Positions 52,047-63,496 of a stretch of DNA of 64,000 nucleotides are shown in pieces. Source of the DNA: Nemertoderma westbladi (Eukaryota; Animalia; Xenacoelomorpha); assembly GCA_032718475.1 (NCBI GenBank), contig JAUCBJ010008761.1, forward strand, positions 1-64,000. The letters run 5' to 3'. The first letter of the stretch is position 1; each line of letters starts with the position of its first letter. The notes beneath the pieces were generated by a model. That model was not told the DNA's origin and made no database searches. It saw nothing but the letters and a program-made list of their open reading frames with translations. The translations under genes and the position numbers were made by a program.

Positions 52047-55000
52047 TTAAGTTTGGGAGTCCCTAGATGTCGGTTGGATTAGGGAAGTGGTCGTGGGAAG
52101 AGTTTCTTGCCTTCCATAGTTTCCGGAGAGCTCTCTGTCTCTTTCCAGTAAACATAAACGTCCCACTGGGCGATTGAGCTGTTGAGTCTCAAAGACTATC
52201 CCTGGTTTCTTAAAGTTCCGCCGCATGACGACGAGCTCTACTGATCGCACCAAACCATCGCTCGAGATATAAGTCTCGATGATACGTCCTGTTTGCCATC
52301 GCTTACGTGGGAGATCGGGGTCCACAATAAGCACCATGTCTCCAGCGCTGACGTTTTCTTGCTGCGCAAACCACTTAGTTCGAAGTTGTAGAGTGGGCAG
52401 GTAATGTTTCTCGAAATGGTCAGCGAAACGACGGGATAGCAACTGCATAAGTTGCCAGGTTCGACGGCAGTACTCGTCTCCGTCTGTGATCTCCGATTGC
52501 GGGAGCATGGCTACGGGTTTCTTCAGTAGGAAGTGCGCGGGTGTTAGCGCTTCCAGGGAATCAGGATTTGAAGAGACTGGCATAAGCGGTCTTTCGTTGA
52601 GATAGGCGGCGATTTCCTCCATTAACGTCCGCAATAGTTCGTCGGTGAGATAAGCGCGACAAGGCACAATAAAGTGGAACGCAGTCTTCACGCTCCTAAT
52701 CAACCTCTCCCAACTTCCTCCCCACCAAGGGGCGTCGGCGGCGTTGAAGGTCCAGCTAGACGCTGTTATCCTTAGCTGATCGTCCACCTGTCTTTTATTC
52801 CAGTCCTTTACGTAAGCTTGAATTTCGTTGTTGGCGCCAATGAAGTTCGTTCCCTTATCCGATCTCATCGTGTTACTGGTTCCGAAGCGAGCGATCTGTC
52901 GTCGTAAACTCAACACGAAGCTGTTGGTGGATAGATCGTTTACCATATCGAGATGGATAGCTCTACAAGTCATACAAACGAAGATGACACACCATCTCTT
53001 GACTATAGTCCGGGCACGATATACTTCAATAGGGCCAAATAAATCCACACCGGTATTAGTAAAGGGTGGTTCATAGAAGCTTACTCTTTCCCTAGGTAAT
53101 TCTGCCTCTCGCTGCGTTAAAGGCCTACTGAATGCTTTCCTACAGGGTATACAATTCCTAAGAACTTGGTTCAGAGCCCTACGGGGTTTATAAAAATAGT
53201 AGCGAGTTCGAATTTCGCTCAGAACTCGTTCTCTACCAGCATGGTACAGTTTGCTATGAACATCTACAATCATCTTGATTTGTATATCAAGATTTCTAAT
53301 GAGTATGGGAAACTTAGTGTCAAAGGATAATGGGGCGTTTGTTAATCTACCTCCAACACGTATTAACCCATCTATCATGGTACTAGAGAAGCGATCCCTT
53401 AAGCGCATCTGTGGATTTCTTAACAACAGGAAATACTTATCGGAATCCTCATAGCATTGTAGGAGTCTCAGCATCTGTTTGTTGGTTTCATCATGCTCCT
53501 GGTAGCTGATCTTCTCCTTTAGAAACCTGTCGGGTATCTTGTATTTAGGAATATCTTTAATAACATGGACTCGTGCAGATGTTGATGGAGCGTCATCGCT
53601 ATTGGTCTTTGTTCCGGAGTAACGATGATGAAAACATCGTTTCAAATAGGTAACAGCCTTACAGAGCCGATTCCAGGAACTGTAGTGACGTATCGCTCTC
53701 TGCAAGAGAGGTGAGAGTCCTTGCGAGATATCTGGTATTCCAGATTTCCAATCCTTGTCACGGATTTCCATGACTTCTTTCGTCGTGGCGGTGGGTTTCT
53801 GATCCAAAGCATCATCTCCGGAAGTAAATAATACAGATAGATCAACCGCAGGTTTAAACAACTTCGATTTACTCGCTCGAGTTTTGGGTTTAACTTTCTC
53901 CGCTCCCTTGGCCTGTCTGATCTCTGCTGTTGTGAGATGGGGTGGCCATTCTTCTTCTTCTCGGTAGAGAAAGTCGGGTCCACCTAACCATTCGGGAGTA
54001 TTTACCAATTCCTTTGGAGTCGCTTCTCGGGACGCGATGTCCGCTGGATTAATCGTTCCGGGGCAATGTCTCCATTGGTCCATCGTCGTGCGACTAAGTA
54101 TGATGGCTACCCTGTTGGTAACGAAGACGCTGAACTGACAGACTTCATTGGTTATATACTCTAACACGAGTAAAGCGTCGGTCCAATAGACAGTTTTCTC
54201 TAACGTATAGTCAATCTGTTCGGTTACATTCCGGCCGATGGCTGTAGCGTATAGAGCCGCTTTTAACTCCGCTCGAGGAACTTTCAACTTGTTGTTGATT
54301 AATGCCTTAGAAGTAACCAAGGCGACTTTGATTCCATCCGGAGTTTCCACTCTTAGGTAGGCTACTATACCGATTCCCATATCGCTGGCGTCTCCAAACA
54401 CATGGAGTTGATAGGAATACGTAGGGAGAACATGACCAAAATATGAACGGGAAATTATAAACTCCTCGATAGCCGGTAGAGAATCTTCCCATTTCATCCA
54501 CTGCTTCAGTAATTCACCCTTAAGTGGATCGTCCCATGAGTGGTTTTCAAGCCACATTTGTTGTACCAAACTTCGAGCAATCAATATAACTGGGCTAATA
54601 AATCCCAATGGATCGAAATAAGTGCTCAGTATACTTAAGCAAATCCGTTTGGTTCGAACAGGATTATCTCGCTGTTTTAGTTGGAAAAACAGGATATCTC
54701 TCTCTGTGTCCCATTTCAAGCCGAGTGTCTTGGTTTCTGGCAGATCATCTTTGATCAAATCAAGATCTTTCGCTCCGCGATCTTCCGCAGGAATCGACTC
54801 CAGAAACTCACGGGAGTTGCTGGTGAATTTGGTTAATCGAAATCCACCTCTTTTTAAGCACTCTACCGTTCCCTTAGCGACCTCAATGGCTTCCTCAACT
54901 GATGGAAGGGACTTCAGATTGTCGTCCATGTATATGTCTCTCTTGATGTTGTCGATCACTTCCTTAGAGAAGGCCTCTCTATTGTCCTCTGCAGTAGTAC

Positions 55001-58000
55001 GCACTACCGAACAGGCGTTGGAAGGGCTTGAGATTATCCCAAAGGCCTGGATGGTCATCCAGTACTCCACCGGTTTCTGGTTGAGGTCTCCTTCGGGCCA
55101 CCACAGAAATCGTAGACTATCTCGATCCCTATCTAACACCTTGACTTGTAAGAACATGCCTTCTATATCGGAGGCGAAAGCAATCGAATATTGTCTCAAT
55201 CTTAAAAGAATTCCCAACAAAGATTGAAGCAAGTTGGGTCCGGGTAACAATTCAGAGTTAAGGGATTGACCCATGTAAAGAACGGAGCCGTCAAACACTA
55301 CTCTCACTTCGTGTGGTTTACCGGGTTTAGGAACGTAATGGTGAGTTAAATAATACGTTCTTTCAGTCACAGGTGTTTCTTCCGGTACTCTCTCCGCGTA
55401 TCCCTTATTAATAAATTTTTCTAGCTGTGTTTGATACATGGCTTTCGCTGAAGAATTAGCCGTAAGGCGTCGATGGAGTTGCGCGATTCTTTTTTCCGCC
55501 AAAGGTCTGTTATTGATGAACTTCGGTTCTTTCTTGCGGAAAGGTAAACCGACTTCATACCTACCTTGATCTTTGAGGAAACATGTAGTTGTCTCTTGGA
55601 TCTGCTTGGCCCTTTCCTCTTCCACCGACAAGGCTTTATCGTAGGAATTGGGCTCTACCGCCTCTTGCGTAAAGAATCGTACAGCATGTTCATCCCGAAT
55701 CTTGGCATTATGACGCTCAATGACGTCATTTAACTCGTCGTTATAAGCTTCTCGTTCCGATGGATAGAGAAGTTGACATAAGTTCACTTGGTTTTGCCAA
55801 GCCTCGTTTTCCTTAAGGAGATCGATGGTATTCTCCTCATCAAAAAGCTGGTGAACATCGTCGTTATCTGAGGAGTATGGAATTCCCTCAGTTGAGTTGT
55901 CTCCCTCACTGGTATCATCTTCCCATTCACTCACCTGGCATACGCTCTCTTGCGGTAGTCTTTCTCTGAGTGTTCTACGGGAAGGGCCAGTAAAGTACCA
56001 ACCTACTCTAGTTCTTACCGCATAGGTCTGTAGTGGCTGCGGTTGAGCAGGCCGTTTCTCTAATGTCTCCAGCGCCTCATGCGCGTTTTGGCCGATGAGT
56101 ATTTGCACTCCAGGATAATCAGTCTGGAATCGAGGTATGTTAAGATGTTGGATGCTCTCATCCTCGTCCCAATTATAAAGGTCTGCTTGAGTAGTAGCGA
56201 AGTTCTTTATAGCCACCATTTTCACTGACCTTATGCTGTGTTCTCCTAGTTCGTCTTGTGGGGTGGACAACGCGCCTACATAATAATCAGCTGTTATTGT
56301 AGATTTCCAAACTTGCATTATGCCAGACATGTTGAGCTTAGTTTGGAACTTGAGTTGTCCAGCAAATATATCTTCGGCTAGCTCTTTGTCGATGAATGTT
56401 CCTGTACTACCGGAGTCGAGGAGGGCGTTCACTACATAACTCCTCTTAGGTCCGTGAACCCTCACCTGCACCACAGGAAACTCTCGGATCCCTACATTTG
56501 AAGATGGCTCTTTCCAAGATGGTTGTCGCTCAGAAGTAGTTAGAGTAAAGTCGTTGTCTGGATCCTTTTCATATGTGAGTGCTCGATACACTGCGGTATT
56601 TATCATGTAACAGGATTCGTTTTCGTCGGAGAACTCATCTGTATAGAATCCTTCCATCTCAGATTGATCAGTGTCGTTCACATCACTGAATTGGACATGT
56701 AACTCGGAATCACTTACCTGATTCGGACTATTTCGATCGAATTCAGCGTGCAACAAGATATGATGTTTCGCACCACACTTTGCACATCTTATGTCCGAGA
56801 AACAGGTACGCCGTTGGTGTCCTTGTCTGAGGCAATTATAACATAACCGCTTATCCCACATAACTTCGCGTCTCTCCGTTAATGATTTCTTTAGAAATTC
56901 ATCACACCTATTCAAATAGTGGGTCCCGTCACACAGCGCACATTTTGGTTTGATGTTACTTACCTTATTCTGAGTCACGTTGTGTACACTTGCCCTTTCT
57001 TCGGGTTTTCTCACCTGAATTCTCTTGGGAGACGTGGGAGGAGTTTTTCTTACCTGTTCCCTCCTGTCATTTGTTCGAGACTTAAATTTACTTACCTGAT
57101 CTTTAGGCATTTTATTCACGTAATAAGATCTATCCGTGTCCTTCCCGCTATCTTCTCCTTGAGAAGTCTGGCTTTCGCCGTCATCGGTATAACATACTGG
57201 TGTTATTTTTCTCCTAGAGACGGGTTTTTCACTTACCTTGTTTTCCGGTGTTTTCTCCCTAGACTGTTTCAGGAGCTGTAATTTCACTTCTCCATCTAGG
57301 AATGACATGAGATCAGCCATGGTAGGGTCTCGCCGTTGTTGTTCCATCATATATAACACTTTCTTATCCCAGCGTGTACCTACTCCACCTTTAGGTAAAG
57401 TAGAAGCCACTGCTCTAATAACCATAGTGTTCTGATACTCATGAGACTTACCTAGCCAATCTAATTGTCTGCAGATCTCCTGGATCTCATCGGAAAACTC
57501 GATAATTCCGCTACTAATAAACTTTCGGGGCGCTACTAACTTTGCATACAAGTACCCAGCGATATTATTCCTATTACCATACCTGATGTTTAGTGTATCC
57601 CAAACTTGTCTTAATCCGTCTGGATGTCCAATAAACTTTAACGCCATTAACTTGGGAGATCCTTCCAAGCACTCGATGAGGTATCTAAGTTTTTCTCCAT
57701 TAGATAGTACAGAGTTCTGTATGTTATCTTTGTAATATTCATTAAAAGGTAACCATTTCATCTCATCTCCATTGAACTTGACGATCTCTCCAACCTTTAC
57801 CGCTTGCCGGGCTTCGGTTCTAGCCATTTGACGCGTAAAACTTTCTTGGGCCATCGTGCTATTTAATATCGAGTTATCGGTATATAAATTTCTCGGATTA
57901 TGATCCGGTCTATAGGGAATATCACTATCAACAGGTCTATAATTACCCTTAATAGGGTTCACTATAGGAGTTTCTACTTCGCTAGCAGTATAGATGCGTG

Positions 58001-60077
58001 TAGGCTCCACACCTTGCCCATGAGATACTTCAGGTTTTTGGGTATTTACTAATTTATCGCGTTCAAGCGCGATACTTTGCTGCACTTCTTGCAACTCTAG
58101 CCTACTTTCCCTTACTGTGCCCTTGAATTGCAGGACAGTCTCCTGCATCTGCCCGAGCAGGATATCCATCCCCCGCCGTCTCTCGTCTACCCAATCAACC
58201 GCCGAAACGGGATCCGCCAACGTCGTAGCGGGCGGACGAGGGACAACGGGCGACAAATTTGGAATATTTCGCTCGGGGTCCAGGACCTGAACTGTCTCTT
58301 GGGCAGTTCTACGGGGCACAGGTAGCTTAGTGCTATGCAGAGGGAATTTAGAAGTAGTTTCAGGGAGCACAGGTGTATCTATCACTGAAGGGGTGATTTC
58401 AAGAACAGGCCTAATTATTTCAGGCTCATCTACTATAGTAGGGAGTCTTTCTATTTTAATTATTTGGTCTGTGGGTTCTGTACTACCTAAGTTGGTGTTA
58501 TTTAGTTGCCTTCTAACAGCTGGAGGCAAATCAGGCAATTTCTGACGGTGGAATGTTCTTTTACGTCTGCTTAGACGAGATCGATTTCCTCCGCCGTCAG
58601 TGTCGGTGGTATCGCCTTCCTCAGATGATGTATAACCTTGTCGTTTGGGAGTAGATCGATTCATCATCTGCATATTACTAGCTGTTAACTGTTTATTAAA
58701 GTTATCTTGCCTCTCTTGAAGATTTTCCAACTCTAGTTGGGTTGTCTCTTCAGATGCCCTCCGTTCTGCTTCTGCCACTGCTATCTTTCTTTCCGCTTCT
58801 GCCGCTGCCGCTTTCCTTTCCGCAGCTGCCGCCTTTGCCTCTGCCGCTGCCTCTGCTGCCTTTCGTTCCGCTTCTGCCGCTGCCACTGCCGCTGCTGCTG
58901 TCTTTCTATCTTCTATACGTTTTTTCTTTACTTGTTCTTCTTGAACCTTGGCGATGCGGAGTTGTTCATCGAATTTAGCTTGGTTCGCCGCTAACCTATC
59001 CACATCAATTGCATCTAACACAAGTTTGGCTCCTTCGCTGTTAGGGCTAAGTCCCTCCAGCCTTCTCCTCAACTCGTCATCTCCTAAAAAACGCTGATAG
59101 TCTGACAGATAGATGTCAATGGCATCCTTCTTATGCGGTTTCTCTGCCGTCGCTTCACTTTCCACTTGGGAAAAAGTAGCGTCTGTTGATTCTCCATGGG
59201 TTGAGCGCTCCTCCAACTGAGCTTTCCACTGAGCTGCTCCTTGAACCTGGCGACTCACCCGTTGAAACCAAGTCTTTACGGCAACTTGCAACGACGTGTC
59301 TTGTTTTCTTTTAGAAGCCTCCTCAAAGGCGGATAAGATTAGCCTAATCCGCAGAACTCTTTCTCTAACTTGATAAAGCAGCTGTCCCTGCTCTTGAGGT
59401 CCTTGAGGTTGTTGAAACAGTTGTCTCTCTACTCGCTCCATAGAGCTGAAGAATCCCTGGGCGTATCCGGCTGCGGACCTCTTCCACACAGCTGGATCGA
59501 TGGTTTCCTTGGCTACTCCCATCCGGTGTATGTCTTCCCAGGCAGCTTCTGATAAATCAAACGGGAGTCCGGGTCCGGGGAAGTTCCATTGCGACTCGAC
59601 AATAGACTTCAGTTCTTCACTAGTGTATCCCGCGTAGCTATCTCTAGTTGACCGTTGACTTCTCGCCCAATCGATCTGGTGTTCTTCCACCGCGATCAAT
59701 AACCCAGCGAGCACGGCTGCAGGAAGGATGAGAAGGGGATCCGTATAAACCGCATCCGTCATCTCTGCTCCGCTCTCGGGTGTCAGCTCTACAGTATCCT
59801 CACTACTGGAGCTGCTGGGCCGCTGAGGAATAAGTTCTTGACTAGTGGGTTGTTGCTGTTCCGCTGCCTTTTGGTCCCGCTTGACCTGAGCTCGAGTGCC
59901 TATGATAGACCTACGATGTTGGACCAGCCTAGGTTCTGTTATTACTACTGGAGGGATGACCTTCCTCACAGTGGGAGGTGAACTGGATTTACGACCAGAC
60001 GGTTGTACGTCTCTATCTGAGTCGCAGATAGTTACATCTAATAAACTGTCTGACAGGTTCTGCTTAGTATCAGACAT
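52047..60077 (-). CDS. BEL/Pao gag-pol polyprotein, 2676 aa, intact
   Basis: DUF1759-like KFNGD..W..F..EKLRYL; three Zn knuckles (CALCDGTH..C, CYNCLRQGH..C, CAKCGAKHH); protease ALLDSGST; RT RVVFDGS, DIEGMFLQ, YMDD; RNase H LHVFGDAS, PRAEL, WTDA, NPAD; integrase HHCC, DLFGP, SDKGTNF, WERL; DUF5641-like C-terminus. Confidence 0.98.
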   Translation of the reverse strand: MSDTKQNLSDSLLDVTICDSDRDVQPSGRKSSSPPTVRKVIPPVVITEPRLVQHRRSIIGTRAQVKRDQKAAEQQQPTSQELIPQRPSSSSSEDTVELTPESGAEMTDAVYTDPLLILPAAVLAGLLIAVEEHQIDWARSQRSTRDSYAGYTSEELKSIVESQWNFPGPGLPFDLSEAAWEDIHRMGVAKETIDPAVWKRSAAGYAQGFFSSMERVERQLFQQPQGPQEQGQLLYQVRERVLRIRLILSAFEEASKRKQDTSLQVAVKTWFQRVSRQVQGAAQWKAQLEERSTHGESTDATFSQVESEATAEKPHKKDAIDIYLSDYQRFLGDDELRRRLEGLSPNSEGAKLVLDAIDVDRLAANQAKFDEQLRIAKVQEEQVKKKRIEDRKTAAAAVAAAEAERKAAEAAAEAKAAAAERKAAAAEAERKIAVAEAERRASEETTQLELENLQERQDNFNKQLTASNMQMMNRSTPKRQGYTSSEEGDTTDTDGGGNRSRLSRRKRTFHRQKLPDLPPAVRRQLNNTNLGSTEPTDQIIKIERLPTIVDEPEIIRPVLEITPSVIDTPVLPETTSKFPLHSTKLPVPRRTAQETVQVLDPERNIPNLSPVVPRPPATTLADPVSAVDWVDERRRGMDILLGQMQETVLQFKGTVRESRLELQEVQQSIALERDKLVNTQKPEVSHGQGVEPTRIYTASEVETPIVNPIKGNYRPVDSDIPYRPDHNPRNLYTDNSILNSTMAQESFTRQMARTEARQAVKVGEIVKFNGDEMKWLPFNEYYKDNIQNSVLSNGEKLRYLIECLEGSPKLMALKFIGHPDGLRQVWDTLNIRYGNRNNIAGYLYAKLVAPRKFISSGIIEFSDEIQEICRQLDWLGKSHEYQNTMVIRAVASTLPKGGVGTRWDKKVLYMMEQQRRDPTMADLMSFLDGEVKLQLLKQSREKTPENKVSEKPVSRRKITPVCYTDDGESQTSQGEDSGKDTDRSYYVNKMPKDQVSKFKSRTNDRREQVRKTPPTSPKRIQVRKPEERASVHNVTQNKVSNIKPKCALCDGTHYLNRCDEFLKKSLTERREVMWDKRLCYNCLRQGHQRRTCFSDIRCAKCGAKHHILLHAEFDRNSPNQVSDSELHVQFSDVNDTDQSEMEGFYTDEFSDENESCYMINTAVYRALTYEKDPDNDFTLTTSERQPSWKEPSSNVGIREFPVVQVRVHGPKRSYVVNALLDSGSTGTFIDKELAEDIFAGQLKFQTKLNMSGIMQVWKSTITADYYVGALSTPQDELGEHSIRSVKMVAIKNFATTQADLYNWDEDESIQHLNIPRFQTDYPGVQILIGQNAHEALETLEKRPAQPQPLQTYAVRTRVGWYFTGPSRRTLRERLPQESVCQVSEWEDDTSEGDNSTEGIPYSSDNDDVHQLFDEENTIDLLKENEAWQNQVNLCQLLYPSEREAYNDELNDVIERHNAKIRDEHAVRFFTQEAVEPNSYDKALSVEEERAKQIQETTTCFLKDQGRYEVGLPFRKKEPKFINNRPLAEKRIAQLHRRLTANSSAKAMYQTQLEKFINKGYAERVPEETPVTERTYYLTHHYVPKPGKPHEVRVVFDGSVLYMGQSLNSELLPGPNLLQSLLGILLRLRQYSIAFASDIEGMFLQVKVLDRDRDSLRFLWWPEGDLNQKPVEYWMTIQAFGIISSPSNACSVVRTTAEDNREAFSKEVIDNIKRDIYMDDNLKSLPSVEEAIEVAKGTVECLKRGGFRLTKFTSNSREFLESIPAEDRGAKDLDLIKDDLPETKTLGLKWDTERDILFFQLKQRDNPVRTKRICLSILSTYFDPLGFISPVILIARSLVQQMWLENHSWDDPLKGELLKQWMKWEDSLPAIEEFIISRSYFGHVLPTYSYQLHVFGDASDMGIGIVAYLRVETPDGIKVALVTSKALINNKLKVPRAELKAALYATAIGRNVTEQIDYTLEKTVYWTDALLVLEYITNEVCQFSVFVTNRVAIILSRTTMDQWRHCPGTINPADIASREATPKELVNTPEWLGGPDFLYREEEEWPPHLTTAEIRQAKGAEKVKPKTRASKSKLFKPAVDLSVLFTSGDDALDQKPTATTKEVMEIRDKDWKSGIPDISQGLSPLLQRAIRHYSSWNRLCKAVTYLKRCFHHRYSGTKTNSDDAPSTSARVHVIKDIPKYKIPDRFLKEKISYQEHDETNKQMLRLLQCYEDSDKYFLLLRNPQMRLRDRFSSTMIDGLIRVGGRLTNAPLSFDTKFPILIRNLDIQIKMIVDVHSKLYHAGRERVLSEIRTRYYFYKPRRALNQVLRNCIPCRKAFSRPLTQREAELPRERVSFYEPPFTNTGVDLFGPIEVYRARTIVKRWCVIFVCMTCRAIHLDMVNDLSTNSFVLSLRRQIARFGTSNTMRSDKGTNFIGANNEIQAYVKDWNKRQVDDQLRITASSWTFNAADAPWWGGSWERLIRSVKTAFHFIVPCRAYLTDELLRTLMEEIAAYLNERPLMPVSSNPDSLEALTPAHFLLKKPVAMLPQSEITDGDEYCRRTWQLMQLLSRRFADHFEKHYLPTLQLRTKWFAQQENVSAGDMVLIVDPDLPRKRWQTGRIIETYISSDGLVRSVELVVMRRNFKKPGIVFETQQLNRPVGRLCLLERDRELSGNYGRQETLPTTTSLIQPTSRDSQT

Positions 60078-61452
60078 GACTAGGTATGTACAGTTGAATG
60101 CCTACTGCTATATTACAGTCTAAGCAAGTCTAGTAACTCAGTATGAACTGCTAGCCTAGTAATTAATTACCGTTACTGCTACTCAGTGTAGCGTGATATA
60201 TATATAATATATTAGAATACCGGTATACTTATAGTATATATAACTATATAAGTATTATTACAGACTAGGTTTATCACAGAATACCGGTATAATTTTAGCA
60301 CAAATATATATAAATATATAATAGGCCTATCGGAATACCGGTATACAGCTTACAGTTTGTAGGATATATAATTCTGAAATAGAATTAATTACAAGTACCG
60401 GTATAATTTCAGCCTAGATTTATAGAAATAAAGATAATAGGCCTATCGTAAATACCGGTATATCAATTATTTCAAATAATTGAATTTCTGTTACTTTAGG
60501 GTTACTTTGTTACTTTACTTACTTTATTACCGTTATTTGAGCAGTAATCCAACTGATATTGGGACCTAATGGTTGTATGGTAGGCCTACTATTTATAAAT
60601 CGTTAGATTTGATTTATAATATATATATACCCGTTTTAATGGGTTTTGTCAATGTTTGAAATAAATGTTATTATTTCTGGGGGTAATCACTACACAAAGC
60701 GGTGCGCTTTCAATGAAGTGTTACCTATGAGACACTAAAACAAATAATACTAATTTACCTAAGTTACTTAATACTACAAATTACGTACAATTCGGGTGAG
60801 ATTACAATCTCTAAATAAACACAAAAATTTACAAAAACACAAATACGAATTTTTAGGGTAATTTTACAAGAAGTCTACAAACCAGCCTAACAAAGGGTTA
60901 GAATTCTGGTTATTACACGGACAGGGTACTACGGTATTTGAAATAATAAGTAGTAGTAAATACACTGCGTTGTCTAGATAGGAAAATACCACCGCCTGAC
61001 GACCTATAGCCGTATCGCTATAGGTTCTACGTTATGTATCACGGAGTGTTCCTACCTAGAAGTTAATAGAGCTAATCGAATGTGCCTATCAACCACTTTA
61101 CAACACAGATATAATGTCTACAATAATTATTTCGGAAAGCACTGTACACTAAACCCTAAATTAGGTACGAGTACTTGTACAACAAATAATCAGTAGTTAA
61201 ATATACTTGAACAGCTAAAAGAACCACGGCATCTGCTGGAGTGACCGATGCACAAAATCACCAGTCTTTACCTACGCCGAGCAGCCCGTGTAGTACCGGG
61301 GTTAATTTAACTATAGCGGTATGTATAACAAACACAATTACTGTAGGAACAAACTTGGGGACTTGAATGTTGCGAATAATCGCATAAACTCTGAATAATA
61401 AATATTACGCTACGCGTACAAACTACTCAAACAAAATACAGACCGAACACTG

Positions 61453-61965
61453 ACAGACTACTATCAAGCCTAAACAAACTACGGTATATGCAGACTCCGA
61501 AATGATTAGGGAGTATGCGCTCTAACCCAGTAGTGCGACTTATTCTTTAGTTGGGGGTTTACCTTACAGCGTTCGCTGCCCCTACTGCCTAATCGTACTT
61601 AATCGGACAGATGATCTACACACGCAGCAATCCGTTCAGACTTAATAACAGCCAGACAACTATCCAGCCTACAAATTATTTAAATAAAATTATACGCTAC
61701 CCGTACAGACTTACACAAACAAAGTACAGACTAAACGATGGCAGACTACTCTCAAGCCTAAATAAACCACAGGACATGCAGACTCCGAAATGATTAGGGA
61801 GTATGCGCTCTAACCCAGTAGTGCGACTTATTCTTTAGTTGGGGGTTTACCTTACCGCATTGGCTGCCCCTACTTCCTAACCGTACTTAATCGGACAAGT
61901 GCTCTACACACACTGTAATCCGTTCAGACCTAACAGCAATCAGACAACAGCTCAGCCTACAAATT
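61453..61965. repeat. ~289-bp direct duplication in the retrotransposon 5' leader
   Basis: atgcagactccgaaatgattagggagtatgcgctctaacccagtagtgcgac...ccttac occurs at ~61487 and ~61776. Confidence 0.9.
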
Positions 61966-62225
61966 GTCTGTACAATCTGATGAGGTTTACACGCCTTCTG
62001 TTCAATACTGGCCTACAAACAAATAAAACTTGACAGAAATAAGTAAAAATCTCAATAAAAAACCAGGGCTGCAGTCCCTGATAAATTATTAAGGCCTACT
62101 GGTATATAACAATCAAAATCGAATAATACTGCTGTAGGTACCGGTCCGGATGATCAGGCAGTCAGGCCTACTGGTTACCGGTCGACCGGTACTTTCAACT
62201 TTATTGCTTACTGCAATAAAGAAGC

Positions 62226-62237
62226 TATATCCTTTAA
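62226..62237 (-). other. Primer-binding-site position: TTAAAGGATATA (non-tRNA type; complementary to an LTR-internal 12-mer)
   Basis: Immediately follows the ACA end of the 5' LTR on the minus strand; no TGG. Its complement lies on the same strand at 63020-63031. Confidence 0.7.
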
Positions 62238-63496
62238 TGTTCGCGCTTTCAGACCTTTGGCAGTTTAACCCACCAAATTAAGATGTCTTCTAGATATTAA
62301 ATCAGTTTTTAGTCTATGACAAGTATTTGATTCACTACACTAGTCGAAACCAATCCGTGCGCGACCATTCACCCGTTGGAGATTCCCGGGAGATTGGGTT
62401 CGACGGTTTAATTTTATTGCTATGTAAGCCTAATGTATTATTCGACTGACAGTATTATATAATCTCTGACAATATTATTCACCTTCGGGAATATTAACAG
62501 TTCCTTTAGGACGTGGCGCTTTATCTATATAAACAGAGTTATGACTTAAACTACTCACAACGATATGGCTTAATTATAATTCACATATATGGCGCATTCT
62601 TTAGGAATTGCTTCTTTAACAGACTCACTCATACACAATGCTGCACAATACTGCACACTAATCTGACAATCTTCACTGATTTTAGTCACATATAAAAGGA
62701 ACACAGACTGAATCATGTAGGGTCTATCAAATAACATTAGATTCACTTCAAACCACTTTAACATAAGTCACAATCGTTTATCTGTAACCCTTCTCTCTTA
62801 CCTTCGGTATATCAAGAACATTGGGTTTCGGGGTTATTTATCGTTATTCCAAATATAATAATTCATCAACCATGTTATGAAGAACTGACGGTAAATAGCA
62901 GTATAAAACAACAATGAAAACACTGATTGTTATGAGTTTGCAATGTTTCAGCAGTCAGCATGTATAATCAGTCAGCAGTATGCAGACATCAGTCATCAGT
63001 GATTCCATGAGTCAGGTAGTTAAAGGATATATGTTCTTGTAATTAAACCTACTAGTGTAAGACTAAAAACAGTAAAGCACAAAATACTTCCAAGCCGTTC
63101 TTTCTTTGGCTCAGGACTGAATGTAAACACTGCACATAGGCATTGCGTCATTTCTCGGAAATTTTCTGTACAAGGAGCCACAAAAACGCTCTAATTGGCT
63201 GACTGAACTGAGAGACGCCGTAGAACAAAGGAAATCAACACGTATGAATGTCAGCTGTTAACCGTAGTCATAGTAACTACTGTTCAAGAGTAGCTATCAC
63301 CCCTTTGCGTCACGAATTGCCATAGAATCATAAAATATGCCTTTCACAGTACACATACGGAGGAAATAGGTCTTAGATCCTCTAAAAACACCGATACAGC
63401 AATAATACGGTCTCTTACACTTATTAAATCAACTAAAGAGTATTTTAATGTAAAAGATAATAAAAATAACGGGGCAATTCAGCAAAGGCTTTTACA
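62238..63496 (-). repeat. 5' LTR (1259 bp)
   Basis: Direct repeat of 47837-49054 with a 41-bp extra segment near 62980-63019. Confidence 0.96.

Larger units (their letters stand above)
47837..63496 (-). mobile_element. Full-length BEL/Pao LTR retrotransposon (15.7 kb)
   Basis: Two direct repeats with TGT...ACA ends flank a single gag-pol ORF with domain order PR-RT-RH-IN. Confidence 0.97.

Noticed and set aside
52828-60123. Plus-strand ORFs overlapping the polyprotein, and antisense ORFs over NEMF
   Set aside because: Antisense shadows of real coding sequence.
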